Assembly: GCA_964035545.1 (NCBI GenBank)
Contig: OZ037768.1
Span: 10,386,741 to 10,450,740, forward strand
DNA: 64,000 nucleotides
DNA from: Bugula neritina
Taxonomy: Eukaryota; Animalia; Bryozoa
Direction: 5' to 3'
The notes below the pieces were generated by a model. That model was given only the letters and a program-made list of their open reading frames with translations, searched no databases and was not told the DNA's origin. Shown here piece after piece: positions 21,413-35,353 of the stretch. Numbering within the stretch: the first letter of the stretch is position 1; the number at the start of each line of letters is the position of its first letter. The translations under genes and the position numbers were made by a program.

Positions 21413-24400
21413 TTAGGTTCTACATATAAAATTGCTGTTTGTAAATCGACCCGTACACTGTGTGTGCCTCATGTAATGGAAGTAAAAGCACGTCCTATGC
21501 CGCTCCATGTATTTGATTGGCAAATGCCTAGTACTAATGCCAGTCAAATCTACAACACATAAACATTTTAGTTTTTACTTACAAAAAAAATAGTTTTAGA
21601 TTTTTGTAAAAAAAAATACAAACATATATTTATTATTGTTGCTATAGAAGTTATCATGGTTAGAATAAAAAGTCATTCATTGGATATACCTTGCTGTCGG
21701 ATCTCTTCATACGTCATGACACCATGTACGCACATGTGTCTATTTCGTTCCAGCTCTAAAAATAGTAAAATATGTTACACATAGTTGTTTGCTTATTGCT
21801 ATTTATTACTCAGCATACTCCAATAAAAAAATATGTAATGAATTGATGGTGACCTTGAGCTAAGCTGGTTTATATGCAACATTACCTCATGAAGCAAGCA
21901 TGCTAATTGCTTTTCAAGTTACAAAGGAAGTTATTGTTTGACAACAAAATCATTTTCTAAAAGAAATTGTGAACTTGTATATTTTAAATTATTTTTTTTA
22001 ATTTCTATATTTCATACAAAGTTGCTGAAGCAGTGAAAAAAGAATAATCAACATGTAAATACTAACGGAGTCCACTCGCAGTAGGTGCAGTAGTGGTAGT
22101 GGTGGTGGTAGTGGTGGTAGCAGTGGTAGTTGTCGATGGCAGGTATAAGGAAAGCTGTAATATTATATGTCACTGTTATCTACATTCAAGCAAAGCTAAT
22201 CTTTTACACAGTCCACAGCTATTAGGTATACAAGACAAAAAATAATAATTAGGAAATTTCGGTTAATTTACTCATGCTTGTCCCCTGAACATTTCTGTGT
22301 CTTTCAGGAAGTAATTTAATCAGATTTAGAGTAGATCAGACTGCATGATAGGCAAGAGAATCATTTATGGAAATGGTAATGTGTTTGACTTTGACCATTC
22401 ATTAGTATTAATGATATACAAGGAGTAGTAGATTCATGTTTGTATCTCAACTTGTCAACACCACTGTGTGTGACATAAACGCTTTGCAAATCAAACTCAA
22501 CTATTTCTGATGAATAAATTTGTATCTATTTTGAGGTTACAACATGCTAGTTTAGTAATAATCAAGCAAATTATGGAGTACTACTAAAACACTGCATAAC
22601 AATACCAACTACACTACTCTATCAACCATCAATTCTCTTGTCTTTCAAAGTAGATAGCTTTCTTGGAAGAGGTATAGCTGCAGTAATACGTAAATTTGAA
22701 AAATACATGTGCTTTAAATGAGAAGTATAACAAAAGAAGTTAGGTTTTTAAGATAATTTTAACTTGTGCCCCAAAAAAAGATAAAAACCGTTAAAAAAAA
22801 TGAGGCTATTAAAAATTTACTTGGTACAGCTTTAAAATGTCCTGAAATATTAGTCCAGTCAAGAGCAACTAAGATGCCAAGGACTTGTAGGATAAAGCAG
22901 CACATAGAGCTCTACTTGAACGTTTTATTATGTAAACTCATATACAGATGTTTAATCATATTTTGCTACTAATTAGAATAGAATTGTAAGCAAATCTTTT
23001 TATCAATGACAAATGTGATTCTTTTGGCAAGCCCAGGCAGGTTATTTTAGCATTTTTTGTGACAATTTAATTGATTGACCACTGGAGAATCTTACTAAGA
23101 GCTACTAGTAAGTTTATTTTTGATGCCTCAGAGACAAACTAAACATCCCAGTATAAAATATTAAAAGCAGTTTTCAATTGTCTCAACATTTTGTTTGTAC
23201 CAGTTTCTCAATGACTAGCACACAATGCACCTTTTTCTTTCTATTTGCAAGAAACTGTACGATTATCGGCATTGAAAAGAAAAATGTGATAATGAAGAAA
23301 TTTGAACAGTTTAAGTTAGTTTACTTTTTTATATAGTTCGGTTTGGGGTAAGGGTTAAAATTTTCATGAAGACATAATTTTTTTAGCTAAATTTTTACCA
23401 AGAACCCAGGCCTTTCTCAACTACTTCACCAACCTCATGGGGATGAATAGAAAAAGGAATTAATAGACTACTGTGAATTATCATAATAATTGTTAGCTAA
23501 AAAGCCACGCATCAAATAAATGTTTCAAAATATTTCAATTAGTTGATATTATTTAATACTTGTTGAAACCGTAGTATAAAATAAAGTTTTTGTGTTTAGT
23601 GTTGACATTACCCAGTAGCCCCTGGTGTGTAACGTTAGTTTGCCAGTTTGCAGGCCGGTGGTTTTGGGTTCGAATCCCAATGGGAGCAAATATTTTACAA
23701 ACTATTTCAGCTTTTGGTAAAGAGTAACGGTAGTAGTACTCTGAGAGAGCTGAAACTCTGAAGCCTGAAGAGGTAGTAGAGGGGCCAGAGGAGCTCTAGA
23801 TTGTGTGCTGTATCCATGCGACATAGACATGCAGAAAACATGCTCACCTGTTGGTTGAGCGTGTGAACCATTTGCTCCAAGGCACTGACCCGAGCCTCTA
23901 GGTCAATGATACTTGGCACTGGATCTACAAAATTGAACTAAAATGCTTGAGCACAACTTACTACATTTAAAGAGAGAAAATTTCAGTAACGCAATAAATA
24001 CGAATTCCATTAATGAGTATACAGCTTTACTCAATCACTAACAAGAAATGTGTGCATGTAGAAAGCTCCCATTTCAAGTGTTGTGCAGAAACTATTTAGC
24101 AAAACCGAAGTCTGTAACAACCAGATAATGACAAATGTAAATAACTATAGTCAGCAAAGGTGATGCTGCTGCCACTGTGGGAGGTGTGTACAAGTTTAGC
24201 TATTTTAAAAGATGTAGAACTTTTAGATACATGTTCAATGCAGTTTGCACCTCGAACCAAGAGATCCAAATTCAATGAAGCAGTTATAAGCTTACATTAA
24301 TATTTCCAAAGTAAGAGGTGTGAGCAAAACAAATGAAAACAAACTTCCTTATGTTTTTCAAGTCTTCATTCGGCATTCCTATTAGAATGGTTTTTCTAAG

Positions 24401-25303
24401 CAGGCTAAGAATATTTTGCTTACTATTGTCACGTTTAAGAAGTAATTACAACTAAATGCATTTTCAAACATCCCATTTATTGGAGATCGAACCATTGACT
24501 CCGTGTATAACTAAGCCAATGCTCGAACTGCTAGACCACGGTAACAGAGCTGTAAATTTGAGCTCAAAAAAGCTCCAGTTTTCAGTTTCAGTTTTTTCAA
24601 ACTGAAATTAATTAAGCTCCTGGGTGGTAGATGATACCAATTTAGTAATACTATGAATAAGTTCTTTGAGCATAGCAAGGAAATGTAGAACTAGAATATC
24701 AAACTAAAAAGTTCTTTTAGTCTATTTCATTGGAATAGTAAATTTCTTAAAAGGCGTGTGCCCATTAAAAAGCTTATTACAGGAAGTTACTTGCAAACTA
24801 TCACTGCGAAACATTTAAAAGATAATTTTTTAAAAAGTATATAATTTATGCCATTTATTTTCATTTTGTTTAGGATTACCATATCTTTTATTTCTCAATA
24901 GATGTTAGTCCTGAAATGTGTTTTATATGCCAAATGCTCACTGAAAGTGAATACTTATAGTATTAGTGTGGTATTATACTTATATTGTAGCTTTGAGAAT
25001 AATGAAAAGTTAAGACAAATTATATAATTAAATCTTTGAGAGTACAGACGCCAGTTGGTCTCAAACCACACAAAGCCTCACACTAGATACATACTTAATC
25101 TTATAAGGTGCAAGTATAAGCTCTAGGTTAGCCTAGTAACCTCTTAATCTTAATATATAACCTGCTATATTAAATATTATACCCTTTTATTATTAATAAG
25201 CTATGGTGTTTTTTAGAGAGGAATAATTAAAATAGTAATACTTACGTGATGACGTTTTAAAACACAGCCCCATCATTATTATTACCAAGTGTAAAATCTC
25301 CAT
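21413..25303 (-). CDS. Orphan secreted protein, 141 aa: signal peptide, coiled coil, poly-Thr stalk, C-terminal 4-Cys domain
   Basis: Exons 25303-25246, 23924-23848, 22154-22067, 21755-21690, 21549-21413 total 426 nt, all GT-AG and phase-compatible. TATA (CCTATATAAG) about 30 bp upstream of the ATG. Confidence 0.8.
23598..23756 (+). mobile_element. Repeat family B with tRNA-like segment (second copy, intronic)
   Basis: B box GGTTCGAATCCC; collinear with 19403-19550. Confidence 0.65.
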
Positions 25304-26689
25304 TTTGCTTATTAGTGCTAGAGCGATTAGCTTATATAGGCCTACTACTGCTGTAAATATTATAAGTGTGCTGGATGAACTCTACTCTATTATATTATAT
25401 AGACAGGTCACATATGCCATGTGCATTTATTATTATATATACACACATGTGCTAAATATCACAACAAAGTCACTAATCCAATAGTTGCGCTCATCATGTA
25501 AACATCTGCACATGTTTTGCAGTGATGCGTAGCTCTGTGACTTTATTTTGAAGTAAATGACAATTATCTTGTCAAGCATAGATCAAATTATTTTATCTTT
25601 AATTAGAGGTATCTGAAATTGTTGCAAAGTTTTGTGTGCAGGCTATAGTTGAGTTTTAACTAAACATAACCTAATTAGGTTCTTACATAATACATGTTTT
25701 GAACTTACAGTAACAAGTTGAATCTTGAGTACTCCCACAGATTATTAAGAGCACTTTCGGTTTCCAGTTTAGGGGATCCGAAAACACTCTGAGTTAGAGA
25801 TTATTTTGTTGTAATGATCATCAATAAATGCCTTCATCAGCTTTATATTACAACCAAATTTTATTTTTGTTTTTTCTTAAATCACCTACTTGAGTAATAT
25901 TTAAATGTAATTGAGCAACTTACCCAGTTTATGAGCGTTACACACATTTTGTATTTTGGAAACGCGTGAAAATGAAAGAAAAATGTGTACAGACAGATTT
26001 TAAAATTGATAAATTGTTTCATGCACATACTGATCAATTTAAAAAAGAAGCAGAAGGCAGTTGCAACAGTAAAGCATGGGAATGTGATATTTATTTAAAG
26101 GTATTTTTATGTTATAACTTTCTAACATTTCTAACATTTGTATAATATTGTTTACTGGTATGTACAAATAACAAGTGTTGAGGCCACAAGCTAAATTGAA
26201 AGCCAAAGTAAGGAGTAGGGGTAAGGGGGGGGGCACAACGGTCATAGGGGTACAAAGAGCTGGCCAAATTGTGAAAGAACTTATTGACTTAGAGTTGCAA
26301 TTTTTTTTCATAAAAAGATATTGACATAATTATTCAGCCTTTGTAGTTTCAACACTTGCGGAATATACGTGTTGAAAAGGCGAGTAAAAAACTGTTTTTA
26401 CCTACTTTATGTAAAATTTTTAAGACGTCGTTAAAGCTTTATAACTTTTTACACTCAAAGGCAACAAGCATAGATTTTACTGATATTGTTGCCATTGCTT
26501 GTCTCTACATTGCTTAACTAGTATAACAGCAAACTCTGAAATAAATTTTTCTTGAGGCCCATTTATGTTAAATTTGGCCATCCGGAGCACAATGGGCCAC
26601 CTGATTATTGTACCCTGATCACTGTTATTAGTTTGTTTGCCCAAAAAGTTGGTTGAAATGTTACTAAAATCTATAGATATAGCCATCTC

Positions 26690-27620
<931 letters not shown>

Positions 27621-30600
27621 CATGGTAAGACTACCAAACTACAAGGTGAAGCTCCCCTAATATATACATCTGGTGAGGTTAAAGCTTTGCCATTTTATAC
27701 ATAATACAAAGCACTCTGCTGTTGCCACTAGCAGATAGTCATGATATTTATTGTACATTATATCATTGAGGGAATATACATGTATTTGACTAAAATAAAT
27801 AGTGATTTGCTCATTCGCTCCCCCCTCTCCCTTCCATACTCCAGCCACAAACCGAAGCCATGCACCTTATAAGCTACAGTTCATAGAAAAAAGTCCACTC
27901 AGACTTTTGTAGTACATGTTACTAAAGGTTTTTTCTGATAAAAGTTTCTCTGAAGTGAAAATAAAAAAAGCATTTTTAGTTCTAAACAGTAATGATAATG
28001 GCACCGTAGAATCGAGTGATGTGCATTTGATTTTGCCTTCCTCTGCTATCCGTGGTGGCACAAACTGTACAGCTAAAACAAGAATTTTGCTTTAGATCTG
28101 AAAGAATATTTTTATTTGTTTGTAATATTAAATAAATAAAGATTAGATGTAACAAAATCAGCAAAGTTTCAATATATTTGTTGTGTCTCACCCAGTGGCC
28201 CATTGTACCCTGGTACCGGGGCACAATGGGCCGATTTTTTTGTCACGAAAATTTCATTATTCTGAAAGTTGTGAGGAAAATAGAAACAACAAACTGGTAC
28301 ATGTAATAGACAACAGATGCAGCATTAAAACCAGAGATTATTGAACTTGTAACTTGAAAAACAGACGAATGAGAGCAAAGAATGCAAAATCCGGCCCGTT
28401 GTCCCCCCCCCCCCCCCCCCGTTACTCCTACACTGTGCAGTGTGTATATATAATTAGTCATGCGACAGACATTTTAATTGCCAAACTCAAGGTTGATCAA
28501 ACAAGATTTTGGCAGTTTTTGCAATGAGAAGGCTTTTCTATATGAATCGATTTCATGTAACAACCTTATAAGATTTATATCTAGCAATAAACTTATTGGA
28601 GGCTTTTGCACTCAAGATCTCTAAACATAATGAATAATGCATAAATATTATAAAATCAAAATCTAGTTTTTGAGTTGTAGCACATCATTTCCGGAATACT
28701 GACCAGCATAATATAGATTAAATATTTGCCCTTTTAGAAATTATGTTTGAGAATAGACAGCTTGTAAATAAATAGATCAGAAATGAGCATCTTTTAGTGG
28801 AGTCTGAGATAGTGTGTTGCAAAAGTACTTAACATTTTAAATGTAAAATTTATCCAAAAGGCTGTGTTAATTTACAATGTATATTACAAAGGAATTGTTT
28901 TCAAGTTGCTGCATAGCATTTTCACTCGACCAGTTTTTAGTATTTAAGCTATAAAATTGCTCAGTTTCTTGAAGAGTCACTATATTATATCAGTAGAAGT
29001 ATAGGTGCTACATACAATAGGAGTAGTTGAAAGTATTTGTGAGCAATGGCCAATTGAAGTTGAGGTACACTGTTGTTTTTATGTATATCATTTTAGTCTT
29101 TTTGAGCTAGGTTATTTGCTTTTAGAAACTCCAAAATTGGCTTATAGTTACATAAAATTTTGCCTAATAATTTTTTTCCTATTAAAAATATATGCTATAT
29201 GATTGAAGTTTGTTTTATTCTTATATAAAACTTTCAAAACAATGAAAGATATAAGCTAATTATTGTAAAAAAAGCATCATCAGGATGACCAATATCTATA
29301 ATGTAATTAACAACTTTTTATGGAAAATATCAACGTGATATATTATATAATATTATAGACACTTTATTATGGCATGTGCTGAGTTGAAAGCCACAAAGAC
29401 CAAAGAAATTAATGTCAAGCTATCCTATGGGCCAAATGGTTGACTTGCACCAGCACTACAATATGTTTGTCACCCAAGAATGTGTCAGTGTGCTCTGTAC
29501 TGAATTGAACTCGTGTTCCTCTCATAACTGGTAACCTAATAATATAAAAGTTATGATTATTACCTTTGTTACGAACTAATAAAAACTTCAATTTTATTGA
29601 CAGCCATTAGTCTCAATCGATTAGACAGACTTCGGAATATCGCTCAAACCCGTGTAGCAGGTGTGACAGCAATTAATAAATAAATAATAAACCAAAAATT
29701 ATGTCTGCATATTTAATTAGTAAAAGTCCAACCAAATAGCTCTTGGGTTGAATAACAATTTTAGATTATCAATGCTAATAAACAGGAAAGGCACTGTTTT
29801 CAATAATCATGACAGTTACCAATAAAATATGAGTGGCTTGCTTGAAAAACAATATGAGTGGAAACTGTAGTGTCATACATTACTCTAAAGATACTACAGG
29901 TAAATTCAATTCCATGCCTATCCCAAAGATATGAGCTCAAGTACAGTGTTAAAAATAAACAACTCACAATAAGGGGCAGTAGAGGAGCAATTTTTATAGT
30001 TCAAGCTCTTTGATTTTCCTAATAAGCTTTGGATTGGGATGGGGGGGTTGAAATTGTAAAGGGAACATAACTTCTTTTGCGATATTTGCAACCTCAAACA
30101 CAGGCTTTTCTCAATTTCTCTATTACTGCATCCACTTTACAACTCAGCACAATGAGAATAAAAATAGTTGAAAGAGGAAAAATATACACAACAGCACCAA
30201 CATTCAAAATCAGCAACAGGGAAAATTCAATATTCCAAGTCTTTAAATTGTTTTCATAAATTTTAATTTAGGGCACAGCTGTTGAAGCTCGAGTAAAAAT
30301 ATAACTTCTTTTACTATATTTCACATCCAGTACACAGGTTTCTCTTTATTTTAACGCCCGCCTTGTTATAAGTTGGTGTAGACATGCATTAGTTGTTCAA
30401 AATGTTTGAAAAAATAAACCCAAGACGTCTAATGGTGACTCATATATTAACATGTAGAACCTGAATGCTCAAGAGACCATTGGAAGTCTTAGGAGTGCAA
30501 CTCAAGGAAGTTTGCTTCTTATCAATACCACCTGCTTGTTCACAGCTTCCATCTATAGAATAGTTGGAAAAGTAATGGATATTTCTCAATATTGAATTAG

Positions 30601-30689
30601 CTTTTCTCCTGTATATATAAAACGCTTATATGCCCTGTTGTTGATCATTCAATCTTTGAACGAGCTTTACAGACATCTCAATATTCAGT

Positions 30690-31517
30690 ATGTTTAGACT
30701 TAATCTTCTCTGTGCTACTGTAGCAGTGGTCCTGCTTGCCATGATCATCACAAGAGCTGAGGGACAAAAAGGTAATATTTATTAATTGGAGTTGTTGTGA
30801 AGTGTTCACTGTATTGCTTGATGCAATGCAATGATTCAACAAGAGAATGCAATTCTAACAAAGAGCAAATGCTTCATATAATTATTATGTTCAACATGTA
30901 GCTGTTTGCATACGTACAATATAATTATACAGCTACAATATGTTATGCATTCATATATTACAACAATGAACTGTAAATGTGGAAATTATCAACTCCAGAG
31001 CCAAACTCTGAATATAAACAGACTGATTGAATAAATATTTTCTGGTATTTAGAATTAATATTTACGAGGCAAAGCCGCACAATCGATTTTGTTGCAAAAA
31101 GAAGAGTAGCTGTTAACTGAACTGCATGGTTTGCCTGTTTAAAGATAAAGATGTCAATTGGCTATAATTCATAAGGATACTGTTATAATACTCAAAAATA
31201 TAACTCAAATTGATCAATTTGGTTCTATACCGTTTTATTTTGCCATTATTACGTCTTCAGCTGATCAATAATGTATTTAGTCACAATCCTATCTAAATCT
31301 AATTCACTTTGTTTTCGATCCAGGTTATGATTGTGAAGCGACAGGCAACTTCTATACCATAGTTAAAGGGACGAACTGTAGAAAGTTCCTGCATGGTACA
31401 GCCAGTCTTCCAGCAAAAGAGCTAACATGTCCAGAAGATTTGGCCTTCGATAAGAGCGTCTGCGTTTGCAACAGAATTACAGCATTCAAATGTGATGATC
31501 TCAATGTTGTTGGCTAA
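30690..31517 (+). CDS. Secreted 91-aa protein with one variant chitin-binding type-2 (CBM14/peritrophin-A-like) domain
   Basis: TATA at 30612. Exons 30690-30771 (signal peptide) and 31324-31517: GYDCEATGNFYTIVKGTNCRKFLHGTASLPAKELTCPEDLAFDKSVCVCNRITAFKCDDLNVVG*. Confidence 0.85.
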
Positions 31518-33246
31518 TTGCAGTTATTGGCTTATGGAATTTTCAAAATAAAATAATATATATTTAACCATTTGTTTATATTTTTGCAAATTTTATTTAA
31601 ATTTGGCTGTGACGGGAGTTGATACTGTATGCAGTGGATAGTAGTCAGCTATACAGTGCAAACAATGGCGCAGCCCTAATGCACTATGCCATTAAACTTC
31701 CAGAAACAAAGCCGTATTAAAATAATATCAACATTGTATTATAAGAATAAACACTGCGTGAATATTTTTCACAAATAGCTGCACTTATGAAAACTTTACA
31801 GAAATTAAGTTACTTTAATACCTTTCAGTATATGCATGATGCTGTTCTATCATGCAATATTTTTATTAAACAACAAAACTGTCAGCAATTATTGCTGGTA
31901 AAACCTTGGCAGCTTAAATTCAAACATTCATATAAGGTGCATATTGAAGTACAATAATTATTAAGATACAACTTGCATATGCAGCATCATAAACAATCTC
32001 AGATGAAGGTGGGTACAAAATATTGGGAATAAATGATGAACTCCTACCACCATTAAAACTCAAGTGTCAAATAAAATTATTATATGCATATTGAAATTTT
32101 ATATTTACAAGAGCACTAAATTTTAATTAAAACCCTTGAACTAATTTCAGATAGCTAAAACTACCTAATACCTACTTACCTTGCACATTAACATGACCAA
32201 ATTAATCAGTTTCGTTTTCAATACATATTTTATTGTTATTTGAAAAAATAAAATATAAATTTTATAATAACAAACAAAAATATTATTATGACAGTATGGT
32301 GATTGTGAGGCATACGTAACAAACAAGATATTATATATAGCTCATAGTTTTGAAGTTCACACAAAGTACAAAAAAAAACGTTACAATAAATTGAGAAACA
32401 TAAGTGCTGCTCATTAAGAGAGGGGACCCAAGAACCCATTTGAAGAATTACATGTTGGAAATTGCTTACCCCTGTATCTAAAAATACCTCCGACATGAAT
32501 CTTAAAGAAGAATTATAATTCATTCGAAATGAAAAAGTGTAAAGAAAAAGTGTTTAAAAAAAAACAAAACATTGGCCATTTCTTGAATTTAAACTGTAAT
32601 ATTCAACAGAGTGTAGATGAAGCTGGTCTCAAGGTACAACAAATGTTCAGCACTACTACTTCACACTGCTGACTGATTGTTATATTACAGCTCAATATAA
32701 GTAGAGGTTATATTAGCAAATAAAACCAAGTGTTAAAAATAGCTGATCGATATAGTAAAATGTTATTATAATTTTCTCAATATGTTAGAACCTATTGTTT
32801 TATACCCCCATAATATATTATAAAGATGTGAATTGTTGAAAATGTCACAAATATACTCATATAATCACTCTCACTTAAGTTAGTGCAAGCTGCATTATAT
32901 TATACATGAATATAATGTTATAGCCCTCTGAAAGAGGCTTTTGAAAAATAAATCTAACCTACGGTGGCCTGGGCTAGCATACATTTAGAATCTTCATTGT
33001 AAACAAGTCAATTAACAAAGTATTATTGAAACTTTTAGGGATGAGTCTTAATCAAGAAAGTTTATCAACAGCACCTGCCTGTTCACAATGGAACAGAGCT
33101 TTTTGCTTTATAATATATGGAAGAGTTAAGTGACACTTCTTAAAATATTATTAAATTATCTTTTGCAAAATATAAACAGTCCATGCGCATAGTTACTGAT
33201 TATTAAGCCTCCGAAAGAGCAGCACATATACATTTTAATAGCCAGT

Positions 33247-35277
33247 ATGTTCAGCTGCCATGTTTTCTGCGCTACTATAGCAGTGGTGCTGGTTGCTATG
33301 ACGACCACCAGAGCTGAGGGACAAACAGGTAATATTCATTAATTGGAGGTGTTACGAAATATAAATAATCAACTATGTGATATTTTAATAAATAAATGTA
33401 ACTTGACAAAAAGAAAGAGACTTTAGAAAAATTCATGTTTAACCGTAACTATGACGACAGTGACTACAACAGTTATGTATAGTTCAGCATGTGATTCTAT
33501 TAGTAACCTGCAAAATTGCAATATGCATATGTTTAAATATAGTTGTGCTGTATCTACTGTTGAGTGCTCAATCATATGTTAGTATTAGAGCAGGATGAAA
33601 TGTTAAATATTAAAAGTGAATCACAAATTAGAGAGTAAATTTACATAAACCACTTTTAAAATTCAGCCAAATTATGTCCATTCCCACATACATGTGCAGT
33701 TAACACACGCAATGCGACATTGAATTTGACCAGTGTATAGAGTCAATAGCACATTCTCAAATGTGTTCTTTTATGCAGCAATCATAGGACATGATAATAC
33801 ACATTACATTTCTATCAAATACGCAGCAAATTGAGCTCATGTTGAACTATTGGTATTGTAGGTGGTAACTACTTTTGTGAAGAGGCAGGCAACATGTATA
33901 CAGTAGTGATTGGTTCAAAATGTCGCAATTTCACTGTTTCAACAGACACACTACCTGCAGTGGAGAAAATTTGCCCCCCAGGAACGGCATTCGATACGAC
34001 ATTGTGCACTTGCAATTATGAAACAGCTTTTATATGCAAAGGTAATGCCACAAGCTGTTAATATTGTGTGGTATGACGATATTTTGCATGTCTTATAGCA
34101 ACAAAATAGTTGATGAAATAGCCAGTTGAATTTCTTTAACTTTTGATAAGGCTCATTTGTCAACCTTTTATAAGTATAAAAAGTACAATTAAGGCAATAT
34201 TAGTCAGGCTTAGTCATATATTGATTATTTGATTATTGGTTATATCTGATGATTATTGCATTGATCACTGCGGTACTAAAATATTTAATAAGTTTTATAA
34301 AGGGATAAAATTGCACTTGGCTATGATTCAGTTATAATATAAAAACACATATTACCTTTAGCTACTTGCAAGTTACTCATAACAACTAAAATAGGATTTT
34401 TTCATAACTTAAATATTTTGGGATCAAAACCCTATGCTTCTTACTGAAACTCAGAATAATGAGATTATGAGTTAGCAACCCGCACCTCGTTATACATTAT
34501 TATACATAAACTTGGTTAACAGTATGAAGTGAGTCCACCAGACTATCAGGTTAGCCCCAAATAATAGAAGGGTGGATATGAGAGTATACTAAAAGGCTAC
34601 TCCATACTACATCTGCACCCCTAAGCTTATACAGTACATAGTAGAAACTTATTGTAGAGTTGTGTAGTTTATGTAAGTAATAATGTCATTCGGCTACATG
34701 TAATATCTTGAGTCTCAGCATCCTCTTCATGGAGGGAACAGGATTGGAGATCTTTCCTGATTTTGTCCTTTCATCTTTGCTTTGGGTGTGCAAATCATAG
34801 ATGAAAGGACAAGGTAAGGTAAGATCTTCAATCTTGTCACCTCAAAGAAGAAAATGCTCGAGACAGGGTTAGGTGGAGAAGCCTAATTGAGCTAGACCTC
34901 TGACAGCCACCCACTACCCAAACAGGACAGAGTGGAGATAGGTAAGGATGTAATATCTTGAGTGAATTGTGTGGTTGGTCTGGCAGTGTAGGGTAGGTGC
35001 TCACTCCACATTGCTAAGCTAATCTGTTAAGATTCAACCTTCCCCTCATCTTAACATGTTATTCTATAGTTTCTTGCATGCAGATTTCGACTGTGAATTC
35101 AGTGGCAGTTTCTATGGCATAGTTAAAGGGACAAAATGTAAAAAGTTCGTCCAGGGGGCGGCACAAATCAGAGTGAGTGAGCTATCATGTCCAGATGGAA
35201 CGGCCTTTGATAAAAATCTGTGTGTTTGCAACAAGGAGGCAGACTTTACCTGTGACAATGACAATGTTTTTGGATAA
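33247..35277 (+). CDS. Secreted 151-aa paralog with two variant CBM14-like domains
   Basis: TATA at 33171. Exons 33247-33328, 33862-34041, 35084-35277 (phase 1-1; 456 nt). Domains ...CPPGTAFDTTLCTCNYETAFIC and ...CPDGTAFDKNLCVCNKEADFTC. Confidence 0.85.
34714..34947 (+). mobile_element. 234-bp insertion with a long hairpin and 16-bp TSD
   Basis: ATGTAATATCTTGAGT repeated at 34698-34713 and 34948-34963; foldback over about 34713-34863. Confidence 0.8.
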
Positions 35278-35282
35278 ATATA

Positions 35283-35353
35283 AAACTCACCCAAGTTTAT
35301 AGTGAGAAAAGCCCTGATGGAAGTGGTTTCGTTGTTAAATCGGGCTAAGGACA
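35283..35353 (-). mobile_element. 71-bp 3' fragment of SINE family A with 15-bp TSD
   Basis: TTTTGGATAAATATA at 35268-35282 and 35354-35368; insert matches 18695-18770. Confidence 0.75.

Noticed and set aside
23610-23690. Possible tRNA gene (also 19416-19495)
   Set aside because: No proper cloverleaf or acceptor stem; embedded in a dispersed repeat.
25750-25845. Possible hammerhead ribozyme on the minus strand (CTGATGA...GAAA)
   Set aside because: About 70 nt spacing and no convincing stems I-III.
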